Origin: Octopus sinensis
Taxonomy: Eukaryota
DNA: 64,000 nucleotides
Assembly: GCF_006345805.1 (NCBI RefSeq)
Contig: NC_043004.1
Location: 57,908,001-57,972,000, forward strand
Reading direction: 5' to 3'
Below, piece by piece: positions 62,111 to 64,000 of this stretch. A program made the translations under genes and the position numbers. The notes below the pieces were generated by a model. The model was not told the DNA's origin and did no database searches. It worked only from the letters and a program-made list of their open reading frames with translations. The number at the start of each line of letters is the position of its first letter. Within the stretch, counting starts at the first letter, position 1.

Positions 62111-63400
62111 TTAGCCAGAAGAATTTGTACCATTGTAGAAGATGCGAATATCAGCAACAAACGCCTAACAGAACTATGAGAATGTTTGCTCAAGCAAAAA
62201 CACCCGTCTCTACTAATAGAAAATGACATACAGTGGGCTATAAAAGTACCCATACAACAACTAAGGACAACCCAAAGAAGAGGAAAACAAGAACAAGTCA
62301 TACCATTTATAGTGACATACAACACATGTCACCAGAATATCTTCAACGTTGCCAAATCAAACCTACAAATCATTGCTCAAAGTAATGAATTAAAAGATAA
62401 TCACAGTTCGAGCTGTGATGAATTAACCTAAAAACTTGGAAAAATTATTAACAAAGGTAAATATTGACCTTAGCAACAAAGCCCAATCAATTACTGTATC
62501 TAAATGCAATGACAGCCGATGTGGCACATGCCAATTCATGCATACCGGCCAATATATGAACACAAAAACCGGGAAAATATTCACAAAAGCAAATTCGAAC
62601 TGCAAAAGCAGAAATTTGATTTACTGCATCAAATGCCCGTATTGTGAAGAGCTATATGTGGGTCAAACTGGAAATGCACTATCAGAACGTTTACGTGTGC
62701 ACCGAGAGCAACTTAGAGACCCAGATGTTCGTCAGATACCTTTGAGTCACCGTCTAGCAACATGTGGTCGAAAAATATTTATAACTAGCAGTATCGCCCG
62801 GCGTTGCTCGGGTTTGTAAGGGAAATAACTATATAAGCATTTTTAGAGAGTTACTTCCCTTATAGATGCCAATTCGGGCTTTCTTAGCCATTTCTGTTCT
62901 GGTGTCTTCAAGCCATGAAGTCGTTGTTCTAAAAGAACGCTGGTCTCCTTGACAACGCTTTACGACGTTGATTTCGTTACACTCCCTTCCCCACAGCTTC
63001 ACGAGGGAGGGAAGAAGGGGGAGAAGAAAACAGGTGCAGGTGTGACCATGGACGCCACCTCCGCCGCCATCGACACACGAAAAATTATGCATTAAAATGG
63101 AATAAAAAATTATGTTAAATTATTTTTAAAATCGTAGACTCATCGTAGACGCGCGCTAATAGCCAGACGGGCTCGATATGAATCACGACTATAAGATACC
63201 CGAATTTGGTTAAACTGCACCGCAAAATGTGGGAGTAGTTAGGAATCTAAATCGAAGGGGACAGACACTCACACAACTACAGTTTTATATATATAGATAT
63301 TTCCATTCCACAAACTACACAGCTCAAGTGAAATCGAGAGAAAAATCAGAGAAAAGAACTTTAATAAATTCCAATCCAAGCTAAATAGACAATTAATAAT
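62111..63400 (+). pseudogene. Penelope-like element 3' part: RT thumb region and GIY-YIG endonuclease, split by a Helitron
   Basis: LARRICTIVED..RLTEL*ECLLKQKHP..IPFIVTYN; C..C..CKSRNLIYCIKCPYCEELYVGQTGNALSERLRVH. After the Helitron: IFPFHK.HSSSEIERKIREKNFNKFQSKLN (one frameshift). Confidence 0.88.
62785..63297 (-). mobile_element. Non-autonomous Helitron carrying an extra about 215-bp internal segment
   Basis: Family termini A|CTAG...TATAGA|T; insert at about 62865-63078 absent from the other copies. Confidence 0.88.
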
Positions 63401-63941
63401 AATACTTAAATCTACTGTTTCTACTGCTACGACCACTACCACTAATAGCAACAACAATACTAAAGGTTCCCGTGAAGACGATAGCAGGAAAATATTAGCT
63501 AAGTCAAGAGAAAAGTTAGTGAAAATAATCTTATTTAGGGTTTATAATCTTATTTAGGATTTAAAATCCTATTACCACAGCTACTCCTACCACTACCAAC
63601 CATCAACGACTGCAATAATAAAGGCGATGATAATGACGATGATGATAATTGAAATGTAAAAATCTCTGGGAAATATTGTTTACAACATTTCTTAAAATAG
63701 CCAAACAACTACTGCTTTGGCAAGGGTCAAAATACAGGTCTCTTGGCATGTTCAACAAACCGTGACGCTTAAACCAAACACCAATCAACTTAAGCAATTT
63801 AGTAAAGCCACACACTGATTAGTCAGAATACAGTTCGCAAAAGTTAACATTCTGGAGCCTATACAAATGTATTTAAGGCACACATTTTAGCCATCTCACT
63901 ACAGATGTAAATTGTAAAACATAACTGTCACTTCTACTATA

Positions 63942-63986
63942 TGAACCTGAAGATTGCATAGCTTAATACATGAAAGTACTAGTTCA
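63942..63986 (+). ncRNA. Minimal type I hammerhead-like motif (decayed stem II)
   Basis: TGAAC-CTGAAGA-(18 nt imperfect stem II)-GAAA-GTAC-TA-GTTCA; stem III palindrome AGTACT. Confidence 0.5.
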
Positions 63987-64000
63987 GTCAGAATGGACAT

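Overview
AT-rich, microsatellite-dense eukaryotic DNA made almost entirely of transposable elements and simple repeats. The tRNA-derived SINE families look like those of octopus/cephalopod genomes (inference, not database-checked). I recognise no intact protein-coding gene. Three short + strand segments with good splice signals may be micro-exons of a large host gene. Recognisable content: one decayed CR1/L2-type LINE (APE endonuclease + RT, with CCCH zinc fingers in frame upstream); Penelope-like (GIY-YIG) remnants; Tc1, mariner, maT/DD37D and probable Academ fragments; five non-autonomous Helitrons; more than 30 SINE copies from several modular families; and at least eight long palindromic (fold-back) elements. 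The most striking unexplained signal is a set of type I hammerhead ribozyme motifs, each with a self-complementary stem III. The best one (48197-48241) caps a long rod-like fold inside a 364-bp unit bounded by a perfect 82-bp direct repeat (47970-48415). That is the architecture expected of an integrated copy of a small circular self-cleaving RNA (non-LTR retrozyme). All RNA folds were derived by eye; none was computed or tested.
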